DNA of 50,018 nucleotides from NCBI GenBank assembly GCA_025774615.1, contig JALGVQ010000019.1:1-50018 (forward strand). The letters are read 5' to 3'. Both the position numbers and the translations under genes were made by a program. Shown here piece by piece: positions 35,431 to 43,939 of this stretch. Positions within the stretch are counted from its first letter, which is position 1, and every line of letters starts with the position of its first letter. The notes beneath the pieces were generated by a model. The model was not told the origin of the DNA, did no database searches, and saw only the letters and a list, made by a program, of their open reading frames with translations. The DNA comes from a bacterium. GTDB taxonomy: Bacteria; Blakebacterota; Blakebacteria; Blakebacterales; Blakebacteraceae.

Positions 35431-36588
35431 ATGACATCGCGGGAGCGTTTGCTCGCCGCACTCGATCGGAAGGTGTCCGATCGTCTTCCGGTCACCACCC
35501 ACCATCTCATGCCCTCTTTACTGGCCGGGATAGGTGAGGGGGTTGATCCCCGGGAGTTCTTCGAACAGTTCGGATTCGATCCTGTTACCTGGGTGGTTGC
35601 CCATCGTCCAGATGATTCAACCGGGGCATACCGCGATCCCGACCAGGGGCCACCCGGGTATCTGGAGCCGGTATGGATCTGTTCCGATGACTGGCGGATC
35701 GAACGGGAACCTCTCACCGGGACTGGTGGACCCGGTATCCATTATCGGATCCATACCCCGGCCGGGGTCCTCACGATGGCCTTGAGGGATGGCACAGACA
35801 CCATGTGGGTTGTGGAACGGCTCATCAAGCAGCCCACAGATATTGACCTCATCGCCCGCTTTGCTCCACCGCCACTCTGCGATGTACGGGAGGTCGAACA
35901 GCAGGCTGAAGCGTCCGGGGGTGAGGGGATCATCCGGGGGCAGGTGCCCGGCTTTGACATCTACGGTCAACCGGGTTGCTGGCAGGATGCTGCCGTACTT
36001 TTCGGGATAGAGAACCTGATCATGGCAACCAACGATGATCCGAACTGGGTGAAGGAGTTCCTCGGCATCCTGCGCGACAGGAAACTCCCCTGGCTGCGTT
36101 CCTCGGAAGGCGCCCCCTACGACCTGCTTGAGATGGGTGGGGGGGATGCCTCATCCACCGTCATCTCCCCGGCGATCTTCGAGATGTTCGTGGCTCCGTT
36201 CGATGCGCCCCTGATCGCTGAGGCGCACCGGGCCGGTCATCGGGTGGTCTACCACACCTGTGGCGGGATGATGCCGATCCTCGAACTGATCGCCGGTATG
36301 GAACCTGATGCCATGGAAACCTTCACCCCGCCATCACTCGGCGGGGATGCCGATCTCGCAGAAGCGAAACGACGGATCGGCGATCAGGTCTGCATGATAG
36401 GCGGATTCGACCAGGCCAGATATCTGCAGGGATGCGACCTGGAGGAAACCACGGCAGAAGTGCAGCGCTGTTTCCGGGAGGCCGGGGAGGGAGGAGGGTA
36501 TATCCTTGCTCCTTCAGACCATTTCTTCGAAGCGGACCCTGTTCTGCTGACTGCTCTCACGACGGAGGCACGCGCATGCGCCTATTGA
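35431..36588 (+). CDS. URO-D/MtaA-superfamily protein, paralog 3
   Basis: 385 aa. Paralogous to the other two copies. Carries YHTCG (H-x-C-G) and the shared GEGGGYILAPSDH block. Confidence 0.7.
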   Translation: MTSRERLLAALDRKVSDRLPVTTHHLMPSLLAGIGEGVDPREFFEQFGFDPVTWVVAHRPDDSTGAYRDPDQGPPGYLEPVWICSDDWRIEREPLTGTGGPGIHYRIHTPAGVLTMALRDGTDTMWVVERLIKQPTDIDLIARFAPPPLCDVREVEQQAEASGGEGIIRGQVPGFDIYGQPGCWQDAAVLFGIENLIMATNDDPNWVKEFLGILRDRKLPWLRSSEGAPYDLLEMGGGDASSTVISPAIFEMFVAPFDAPLIAEAHRAGHRVVYHTCGGMMPILELIAGMEPDAMETFTPPSLGGDADLAEAKRRIGDQVCMIGGFDQARYLQGCDLEETTAEVQRCFREAGEGGGYILAPSDHFFEADPVLLTALTTEARACAY

Positions 36589-37718
36589 AACGGACTGTTG
36601 TTTCCCTGCTCCTGGTCAGCCTGACTCTGACCTGTTGTGGACGCGGAAGCGGCCCTCCACGGCCGGCGGAGGAATACCCTCTGCTTACCACAAGCGGTGC
36701 ATGGTGCTGGTTCGGAGATCCGCGTGGAGTCCGCTTCAAGGGCGAGCATGACCGGGTCTATGCAGGGTGGGTCGATGTCGGCGGCAGCATCATGGTATCG
36801 AGTCTCGATCTGGAGAGTGGTGAGCGCGCCTGGCAGGTAGTTGAGCCAGCCTTCAATCGTGACGATCACGCCAATCCCTCCCTCCTCATCCTTCCGGACG
36901 GGACCGTTGTCGTTTTCTACACCTCCCACGGATCGGATGTCAGCGAAGCGATGTATTACAGACGGACCCGCCGGCCAGAAGACGTCACCGCCTGGGATGA
37001 ACGGCGTGAGGTCGGGACCAATACCGAGGGGCAGAGAGGTTGTACCTACCCGAATCCGGTGAGATTGAGCGCCGAGGAGGGACGGATCTATCTCTTCTGG
37101 CGGGGCGGGAACTTCAAACCGAGCTTCAGCTTCACCGATGACCTCGTCACCTGGTCTCCGGCCCGCACCCTGATCCAGTCGGATGAGAATACCTTTGTAC
37201 GCCCCTACGTGAAGATCGCCTCGAACGGTGAAGACGAGATCCACTTTGCTTTTACCGACGGCCATCCACGCAATGAACCGGAGAACGGTATCTACTACAT
37301 GCGCTATCGTGACGGTGAGTTCACGCAGGCGGATGGAACATTGATAGGGTCGATGGAGGACCTGCCGCTGGTCCATGAGCGCGCCGATCTCGTCTATGAC
37401 GGTTCTCTGACCGGTGTCAGGGCCTGGATATGGGATGTCGCAGTCGATCAGCAGGGCTATCCGGTGATCGTCTACAGCCGTCTGCCGGAGGAATCCGATC
37501 ACCGCTACCACTACGCCCGCTGGACCGGCCAGGAATGGCTCGATACCGAGATAACAGCAGCCGGAGGATGGTTCCCGCAGACTCCGGAGGGGAGGAACGA
37601 ACCGGAGCCTCACTACTCAGGAGGGATCGTTCTCGATCATGGCGATCCGTCGGTGGTCTATCTCTCCCGGCCGGTGGATGGGACGTTCGAGATCGAACGG
37701 TGGCGGACCGGGAATTAA
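36576..37718 (+). CDS. BNR_4-like beta-propeller lipoprotein
   Basis: 380 aa from ATG 36576 (GGAGG RBS; MRLLKRTVVSLLLVSLTLTCCG lipobox-like). It overlaps the preceding gene by 13 nt. DDHANPSLLILPDGTVVVFYTSHG resembles, from memory, the BNR_4 (PF15892-type) family found in glycan loci. Confidence 0.55.
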   Translation: MRLLKRTVVSLLLVSLTLTCCGRGSGPPRPAEEYPLLTTSGAWCWFGDPRGVRFKGEHDRVYAGWVDVGGSIMVSSLDLESGERAWQVVEPAFNRDDHANPSLLILPDGTVVVFYTSHGSDVSEAMYYRRTRRPEDVTAWDERREVGTNTEGQRGCTYPNPVRLSAEEGRIYLFWRGGNFKPSFSFTDDLVTWSPARTLIQSDENTFVRPYVKIASNGEDEIHFAFTDGHPRNEPENGIYYMRYRDGEFTQADGTLIGSMEDLPLVHERADLVYDGSLTGVRAWIWDVAVDQQGYPVIVYSRLPEESDHRYHYARWTGQEWLDTEITAAGGWFPQTPEGRNEPEPHYSGGIVLDHGDPSVVYLSRPVDGTFEIERWRTGN

Positions 37719-37823
37719 GGCTGGAACTGGCGATCACGGGCGATCACGACCGGCTCGACAAACGATAACGTCCGTCCCTTTGTCATCAGGGGGCATGGGG
37801 GAGCATCGCCTGTCCTCCTCTGG

Positions 37824-38390
37824 ATGGAGAATCGCTACTATCGGCACTATCTCGACTACGATACCGCGATCAGAATCGATCGCGCGTCCGGGGATTCTTC
37901 GCCCTGGGCCGATGGGGCACTGTCCATCTCTTTCCGGCTCGACACTGTTGAGGGATTCGATCCCTCTTACCAGACGGTGGTGTGGCTGGAAGATGCTTCG
38001 GGTGCATATCTGCGTTCACTGCTTGTCAGTGAATACCTGGCCTTCGGTGGATACATCCATGAGGAAATCTGCCCACGCTGGAACGGCGCGGTCGACTGGG
38101 CGAACGAATCCCGGACCGTTTTCGATGCTGTAACAGCTGCTACTCCACGACGGGAAGCAGGCGAGGTCACAATCGACTGCACAGCCGAAAAACTGTCTCC
38201 CGGGGTCTACTACTACTGCATCCAGACCCATATCGTGGAAGAGTATAATATCCTCTGGCGGGGTATGATCACGATTGGTGGCGAAGAGGTAAGCAGTGAC
38301 GCTGATGCCTCCTGGAGTCCACAGCGTCATGATCGGGCGGGCGATATCCTGCGAGACGTCTCCGCGAAATACACTCCTTTCCCACGCTGA
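37824..38390 (+). CDS. 188-aa protein, DUF2271-like (tentative)
   Basis: VVWLEDASGAYLRSLL ... FDAVTAATP recalls the DUF2271 pattern (WIED...VRTL ... DAVSGATR), from memory only. No signal peptide and no in-frame upstream start that would add one. Confidence 0.35.
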   Translation: MENRYYRHYLDYDTAIRIDRASGDSSPWADGALSISFRLDTVEGFDPSYQTVVWLEDASGAYLRSLLVSEYLAFGGYIHEEICPRWNGAVDWANESRTVFDAVTAATPRREAGEVTIDCTAEKLSPGVYYYCIQTHIVEEYNILWRGMITIGGEEVSSDADASWSPQRHDRAGDILRDVSAKYTPFPR

Positions 38391-38452
38391 TCGCCAGAGG
38401 ACTATACTGACCAGGGATACCGAACAACCGACAAGAAAAGGAACGGACCGGG

Positions 38453-39433
38453 ATGTCACCAGATGACAGACAGCTGACCAGGCGCAAATTCATCCACTAT
38501 TCAGCCGCTGGGCTCGCGGCCGCATCGGCCGGGGGCGTGATCGGAGCCTGCTCTCAGAGTGGCGGATCACTGCCGACCAGGACTCTCGGTGCGACCGGGC
38601 TGGAGGTTTCACTCCTGACCTTTGGAGGCGGTTCCCAGTTCCTGCTGAACGAGGATGGAGAGTGGGAGGCGATGCTCGAACGGGCGATAGACCTGGGAGT
38701 GAACTTCTTCGACACCTGTTCGAGTTACCAGTGGGGCGCGTCCCTGAGCAGTGAGGAGCGGTTCGGTGAGATCCTCTCCCCGCGCCGGGATGAGGTCCTC
38801 ATCGCCACCAAATTCGAGTCGCGCGATCCCGCCGAAGCGATGAGGGAATTCGAGCAGAGTCTCGATCGGATGAAAACCGATCACGTCGACGTCCTGATGC
38901 TCCACGACATCGTTCCCTCGGAGGACATCAGTGCCCTTGAGAAGGGGGTCTACGCCGAACTACTCAGGTGCAGGGACGAAGGTTCGGCCCGGTTCATCGG
39001 TTTCTCCAGCATGGACAGCGCGGAGATGAGCAGGGAAGCGATCGAGAAACTCGAATTCGACGTGGCCCTACTGGCCATGAATCCAACCGGTTACGGCGAC
39101 TTCGTTACCGAGACCCTGCCGGCGGCCCGGGCAAAGAATATGGGGGTGCTGGCGATGAAGGTGATGCGGAACATCGTCGGTGACGAGACGACCCCCGATG
39201 AACTCATCCGCTACGCCCTCTCCCAGGAGGGTGTGGCAAGCGCCCTGATAGGACATCATGGGATGGCCACCCTGGAGGAGAATATCGGGATCGTGCAGAA
39301 TCTCGCTGCCGGGGAGGAGTTCGTCATGACCCCGGCTGAATGCGAGCGACTCGAAACGCGTCTCGCTGCGCTTGCCGGCCCGCACGCCCTCTGCTGGGCT
39401 CGTCCCGGGTATGTCGACGGCATGGTATGCTGA
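38453..39433 (+). CDS. aldo/keto reductase with twin-arginine signal
   Basis: 326 aa. Tat motif LTRRKFIHYSAAGLAAASAGG. AKR pattern GVNFFDTCSSYQWG (Asp/Tyr), IATKF (Lys), VDVLMLHD (His). Confidence 0.85.
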   Translation: MSPDDRQLTRRKFIHYSAAGLAAASAGGVIGACSQSGGSLPTRTLGATGLEVSLLTFGGGSQFLLNEDGEWEAMLERAIDLGVNFFDTCSSYQWGASLSSEERFGEILSPRRDEVLIATKFESRDPAEAMREFEQSLDRMKTDHVDVLMLHDIVPSEDISALEKGVYAELLRCRDEGSARFIGFSSMDSAEMSREAIEKLEFDVALLAMNPTGYGDFVTETLPAARAKNMGVLAMKVMRNIVGDETTPDELIRYALSQEGVASALIGHHGMATLEENIGIVQNLAAGEEFVMTPAECERLETRLAALAGPHALCWARPGYVDGMVC

Positions 39434-40848
39434 AACCTGTGGAGCCACTCCGGGGATTCCGGGCCGAACCACCCCGGGGATTCCCCGCGACAGGTGAAAC
39501 GGATCCAGGGGCCCTTGAGGAGGAACGGGCCCTGCTTCGGCGGCTCGCTGGAGAGGGCAGAGCAGGGCGATGTCGCGGGTATCTCCGTCTGAGCGGACCG
39601 GGATGGCTTCAGAGCGCCTTTACTCTGGGAAGCGGGAGCGCGGTCGCTTCCCTCTACCTCGGCGCTCATTACGGTTATGAACTCCTCTGGGTGCAGCCGC
39701 TGGCCATGATCGTGGGGATCTTCATGCTCATGGCCGCTTCCCATCAGACCCTCTCAACCGGGATACGCCCCTTCGAGGCCATGCGCCGCTTCATCCATCC
39801 GGGGCTGGCCTGGGCGTGGGCGATCGCAACGCTGGTCGCCACCTTCGTGTTCCACCTGCCCCAGTACGCCCTGGCAGCCGGTGTCACAGAGGACATGATC
39901 GCGGCAGCCACGGGCTGGCAACCCACCGGCGCGCTCCGCACGCTTTTCCTGCTCGGCATCGGCCTCGTCCTTGCGGCCGTTTCGACGCTCATCACCTGGA
40001 ATTACGGTCGCAGTCTGCGGGGTATCCGGATCTATGAGCGGACCCTCAAGGTGCTGGTCGGGATGATCATCATCGCATTCTTTGCCGTGGTGGCCCGGGG
40101 CGCGTTCGCGGGACGGCTGGAGTGGGGCGCCATGGTCACCGGCTTCATCCCCCGCAGCATCCCGACCGACCCGGCGGGTGTCATCAAAGTGGCCGGTGCC
40201 TTCGGAGCGGCGGTGGGGATCAATATGACGTTCCTCTTCGGCTATACCCTGCTCGCGCGGGGGTGGGGTCGCGAACATCGCCCGTTGGCCCGGTTCGACC
40301 TGATCACCGGCATGCTCCTGCCCTACACGATCGTCACCTCCCTGATCATCATCGCCTGCGCCTGCACCATCCACGGGACCGGATTCGCTCCCGAGCAGAT
40401 CCTGCCGGCGAACGTGGGGGTTCTGATCGGATCGGCCGGCGTCGGGCAGACCTTCGGCCGGTTTGTGTTCGGACTGGGGATCCTGGGGATGGCGCTGTCA
40501 ACCATCACCCTGCAGATGCTGGTGGCGGGTTTTGCACTCTGCGAGATACTCGGGATCGAGCCGGTGGGCTGGCGCTATCGGCTGAGCTGTCTGTTGCCCG
40601 TTCCCGCCTTCCTCGGAGTGGTCCTCTGGAAATCGATGGGGACCTGGATTGCCCTGCCTGCCTTCACCATCGGTCTCATCATGCTCCCGATCGCCTACAT
40701 CGGATGGTTTATCCTGCAGAACAGCGAGAGGTTCCTTGGCGAGGATCGGCCTCGCGGCCGGAGCAGGCTGCGCTGGAACCTGGCCCTCCTCTTCTCGCTG
40801 CTTGTCACGCTGGCAAGTGTGGTCTACATCCTGGTGAAACAGTTCTGA
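39427..40848 (+). CDS. NRAMP-superfamily (COG1914-like) transporter, divergent
   Basis: 473 aa from ATG 39427 (7-nt overlap with the AKR gene; the listed start 39340 is rejected). SGPGWLQSAFTLGSGSAVASLYLGAHYGYELLWV matches the NRAMP TM1 region in layout. The canonical DPGN and MPH metal-site motifs are not present anywhere in the translation. Confidence 0.6.
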   Translation: MLKPVEPLRGFRAEPPRGFPATGETDPGALEEERALLRRLAGEGRAGRCRGYLRLSGPGWLQSAFTLGSGSAVASLYLGAHYGYELLWVQPLAMIVGIFMLMAASHQTLSTGIRPFEAMRRFIHPGLAWAWAIATLVATFVFHLPQYALAAGVTEDMIAAATGWQPTGALRTLFLLGIGLVLAAVSTLITWNYGRSLRGIRIYERTLKVLVGMIIIAFFAVVARGAFAGRLEWGAMVTGFIPRSIPTDPAGVIKVAGAFGAAVGINMTFLFGYTLLARGWGREHRPLARFDLITGMLLPYTIVTSLIIIACACTIHGTGFAPEQILPANVGVLIGSAGVGQTFGRFVFGLGILGMALSTITLQMLVAGFALCEILGIEPVGWRYRLSCLLPVPAFLGVVLWKSMGTWIALPAFTIGLIMLPIAYIGWFILQNSERFLGEDRPRGRSRLRWNLALLFSLLVTLASVVYILVKQF

Positions 40849-40904
40849 CGGAGAGCGGGATCTGTTCAGACACCTGAGCAGGGGATGGACCTGTCAGCGA
40901 TGGT

Positions 40905-41693
40905 CTATCCATCAATCTGCGGGAGCACACCCTCCAGCTGACCGAAATGTGGCACCGCATCCGTGATGTCGTCGCGGTTTGGATCGACGAATTTCTGTAG
41001 ACCAGGTGAGTAGTACAGACACCCGACCTCATCGGGCGGGCGACTGCGCACGAACGCATCGGCACTATTCAGTGCAGCGAGCCAGTCCGCTTTCAGATCC
41101 TGCAGATCGAGCGGTTCCGTAACATGCAGACGCGCTACCTCCTCAGGATGGAACTTGCCGCGGCGATTCAATATCTCGATAAGTGACAGGGGTGAGAATC
41201 CCGGATCTTTGCCCACGGCCGCCCAGATCATCGGCCCAAGGGTCAGAACCTGTTTATGAAGGTGCAGGGTGTCCAGAAGATCCCGTGCTTCATCCCGGCC
41301 TGCCAGCGCCAGCACCTTGTTGGTGGCCAGATCGATCGGGTGAAGCTGGTAACCGAACTCTTCGCTGGCGATCACCGGCATGAAGCGCCAGGCAGAGTCC
41401 CGGGCCCATTCTACCTTGATGGCCTGGTCGCGGCTGCGGATAACCGCACGAATATATCCGGGCAACACAATCTCGGGTTCGACGCTGTACTCGTGAGCAA
41501 GCAGTGTCTGGAGGTCAGCTTCATAGGCAGTGGCCACACGCTCTACACTGTCCTGGAAGTAATCGATGTCCTGGCTGATGCGCTTTGTATTCGGTTGCAG
41601 GAGGATGGCGGCACCACCGGCCAGATAGTTGTCCTCGCTCCGGTTTCTCGCCAGAAGACGGCCGATCTCGTACTGATAGTCTGTCAACGGCAT
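40905..41693 (-). CDS. AbiEii/AbiGii-like nucleotidyltransferase (putative type IV toxin)
   Basis: 262 aa. N-terminal LAGGAAILLQPNTKRISQDIDYF fits the GG-x(n)-S-x-DID[FY] nucleotidyltransferase motif of the DUF1814/AbiEii family. The start overlaps the upstream small gene by 10 nt. Confidence 0.6.
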   Translation of the reverse strand: MPLTDYQYEIGRLLARNRSEDNYLAGGAAILLQPNTKRISQDIDYFQDSVERVATAYEADLQTLLAHEYSVEPEIVLPGYIRAVIRSRDQAIKVEWARDSAWRFMPVIASEEFGYQLHPIDLATNKVLALAGRDEARDLLDTLHLHKQVLTLGPMIWAAVGKDPGFSPLSLIEILNRRGKFHPEEVARLHVTEPLDLQDLKADWLAALNSADAFVRSRPPDEVGCLYYSPGLQKFVDPNRDDITDAVPHFGQLEGVLPQIDG

Positions 41694-41950
41694 AGTTTTG
41701 CTGCTGCTTCCCAGGCCCTGCGGCCTCCATATTTCCTCAGTTGTTCAGCTACCCAGTGCACGTCGTCCGCCGTTATGATCAGGTCGGGAGTGCAGGCCCA
41801 GAAGCACTGGTGGTAATACCGGCGATAAGCACGCCGCGCTTCGCGGATCAGCACCATCTCGCGGGCTTTCTCCGGATTCAGCTCGCGCCTGCTGGCCATT
41901 CCTCCGCGCCGTCCTATCTCAGCGAAATATTCTCGCACTCTTGAATCCAT
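41684..41950 (-). CDS. 88-aa basic protein, putative cognate antitoxin/regulator (no family assigned)
   Basis: Sequence: MDSRVREYFAEIGRRGGMASRRELNPEKAREMVLIREARRAYRRYYHQ... It has a GRRGG...PEKAREM basic motif, overlaps the nucleotidyltransferase gene, and a palindrome lies immediately upstream of its ATG. Confidence 0.5.
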   Translation of the reverse strand: MDSRVREYFAEIGRRGGMASRRELNPEKAREMVLIREARRAYRRYYHQCFWACTPDLIITADDVHWVAEQLRKYGGRRAWEAAAKLCR

Positions 41951-41954
41951 GCCA

Positions 41955-41977
41955 TTATCATAAGCCGCTTACGATAA
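41955..41977. promoter_or_regulatory. imperfect palindrome (candidate operator) abutting the start of the 88-aa gene
   Basis: TTATCATAAGC-C-GCTTACGATAA: 11-nt arms with 10/11 complementary, beginning 5 nt from the start codon at 41948-41950, inside an AT-rich spacer. Confidence 0.35.
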
Positions 41978-42046
41978 AAATGCAATAGATATGCAAGATT
42001 CCACAGGAATTGATCTGTTGTTTGCGGCCGGTAGACCCTTCTGCTC

Positions 42047-43729
42047 TCAACGCCGGATCGTGTAGGTGTCGTCGATGAACGATCCCAGTTGCCGGTAGCG
42101 GTCGTACAGGTCCCGGTATCGCTCGGCGTTCTCCCGATCGGGCCGGTACTCGGCATCGAATCCGTTGCCCATTCTCCGCTGGGCCTCTTCGATCGTACCG
42201 TACACCCCTGCTGCCGTGGCGGCTGCCATGGCGCTTCCCAGGGCACAGGCCTGTTCGGCCCGGGCTACCCGGATAGGTACATCCAGTACATCGGTGACGA
42301 CCTGCATCACGAAAGGGGACCTCTTCGGGATGCCGCCCAGTGCGATCACCCCCTTGATGGGAACACCCTCCTCAATGAACCGGTCGACGATCGCCCTGGC
42401 CCCGAAGGCGGTTGCTTCGACCAGAGCGCGAAAAATGCGGGGCGGATCCGATCCCAGGGTCAGACCGGTCAGCGCACCCTTCAACGCCTGGTCGGCGTCG
42501 GGAGTGCGTCTCCCATTCAGCCAGTCGAGGGCGACGATCCCGCCATCGTCGATCGGAAGTCTGGCGGCTTCCTCCGAAAGCAGGGGGAGAATCTTCTCCA
42601 CTGCCGAATCGATGACATCTTCAGCGGAATCCGTTTCGATCCCCGCCTCCGGCAGACAGAGTGCAAGCGGCCATGCCAGCATTTTCCGGAACCAGGCGTA
42701 CACATCGCCGAAGGCCGACTGCCCCGCTTCCATCCCTACCATACCCGGGAGAATGGAGCCGTCGACCTGACCGCAGATGCCCCGGATCGTTCTCTCACCG
42801 ATCTCATCGGGAGGTGCCACCAGCATGTCACAGGTCGAGGTTCCCATCACCTTGCTCAGGATGTACGGGGCTATCTCAGCTCCGACCGCTCCCAGGTGGG
42901 CGTCTATAGCTCCCACGCCGACCGTGATCCCCGCTGGAAGCCCCAGGCGCCCGGCCCATTCCTCCGTCATTTGTCCCGCAGGTGTATCGATCGTCCAGGT
43001 CTCCCGGTAGAGACGGTCGCGTAGTCCTTCAAGACGCGGATCCACATGCCGGAGGAACTCCTCTGATGGAAGCCCCTCGAATGATGTATGCCACATCGCT
43101 TTGTGTCCGGCAGCGCAGCGGCTCCGCCTGATGGTAAGCGCATCGGTGTTTCCGGTGAGCAGGGCGGGTATCCAGTCGCAGTGTTCGATCCACGACCAGG
43201 TTGCGGCACTGACCTTTGGATCAGCTCGGAGGATGTGAAGTATCTTTGACCAGAACCATTCGGAGGAGTAGATACCGCCTGAGTAGCGGGAGAAATCCTC
43301 GCCGCCCCAGGACCTGGCGGCACGATTGATCTCCTCCGCCTCGGCCACTGCTGTATGGTCTTTCCAGAGAACGAACATCGCGTTCGGATTTTCTTCGAAT
43401 CCTTCTGTCAGGGCGAGGGGGGTGCCGCTTCGGTCGATAGCGACAGGAGTCGATCCGGTCGTGTCCACCGAGAGTCCGACGATCCGGTCGGCCGTTCCGG
43501 CCGGGGCTTCCTCCAGGGCCTGCAGGACCGTGACCTCGAGCCCTTCGATATAGTCGAGCGGATGCTGCCGGAAACGGTTGGACGCGGGGTCACTGTACCG
43601 TCCTTCACTCCACCGGCGGTAGTCAGCGACCGCGCTTGAAACTTCCGAGCCGTCACCCGTTTCGATAATGGCCGTCCTGACAGAGTCGGTGCCGAAATCG
43701 ATGCCGATCGTCAGTGCGCTGCTCTTCAT
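42047..43729 (-). CDS. araB: ribulokinase (FGGY carbohydrate kinase)
   Basis: 560 aa from ATG 43729 (GGAGGT RBS; the listed longer start 43801 is rejected). Long collinear similarity to E. coli AraB as I recall it: IGIDFGTDSVR, NPNAMFVLWKDHTAVAEAEEI, GGIYSSEWFWSKILH, GICGQVDGSILPGMVGMEAGQSAFGDVYAWF, LDWLNGRRTP. Confidence 0.9.
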   Translation of the reverse strand: MKSSALTIGIDFGTDSVRTAIIETGDGSEVSSAVADYRRWSEGRYSDPASNRFRQHPLDYIEGLEVTVLQALEEAPAGTADRIVGLSVDTTGSTPVAIDRSGTPLALTEGFEENPNAMFVLWKDHTAVAEAEEINRAARSWGGEDFSRYSGGIYSSEWFWSKILHILRADPKVSAATWSWIEHCDWIPALLTGNTDALTIRRSRCAAGHKAMWHTSFEGLPSEEFLRHVDPRLEGLRDRLYRETWTIDTPAGQMTEEWAGRLGLPAGITVGVGAIDAHLGAVGAEIAPYILSKVMGTSTCDMLVAPPDEIGERTIRGICGQVDGSILPGMVGMEAGQSAFGDVYAWFRKMLAWPLALCLPEAGIETDSAEDVIDSAVEKILPLLSEEAARLPIDDGGIVALDWLNGRRTPDADQALKGALTGLTLGSDPPRIFRALVEATAFGARAIVDRFIEEGVPIKGVIALGGIPKRSPFVMQVVTDVLDVPIRVARAEQACALGSAMAAATAAGVYGTIEEAQRRMGNGFDAEYRPDRENAERYRDLYDRYRQLGSFIDDTYTIRR

Positions 43730-43939
43730 GCCAACCTCCCGGGTGCTCTCTGGTTCTGGCAGGATGATTTGCTGATTATCCACTTCCATCCTACGATGCA
43801 AACGGTTGCTGTGTAAATCAGACCGATTGACGGATTATACCAGACAAGTAGTTGTCGATCGGGGGGGATTGCCCATTGATCGGGAGGAGTTGTACACTTT
43901 GATCGATCCTCCCGACCACCTGATCCAGGGAGCAAGCGT

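Noticed and set aside
37729-37748. Tandem 10-mer GGCGATCACG x2
   Set aside because: There are only two copies, in a 105-nt spacer. This is too short for a CRISPR or regulatory array and is probably a chance or slippage duplication.
43880-43915. 9-bp stem (TCGGGAGGA / TCCTCCCGA) with an 18-nt loop in the leader of the histidine kinase gene
   Set aside because: It does not sequester the likely RBS (GGGAG at 43928-43932), has no U-tract, and matches no riboswitch or attenuator pattern I know. No function can be supported.
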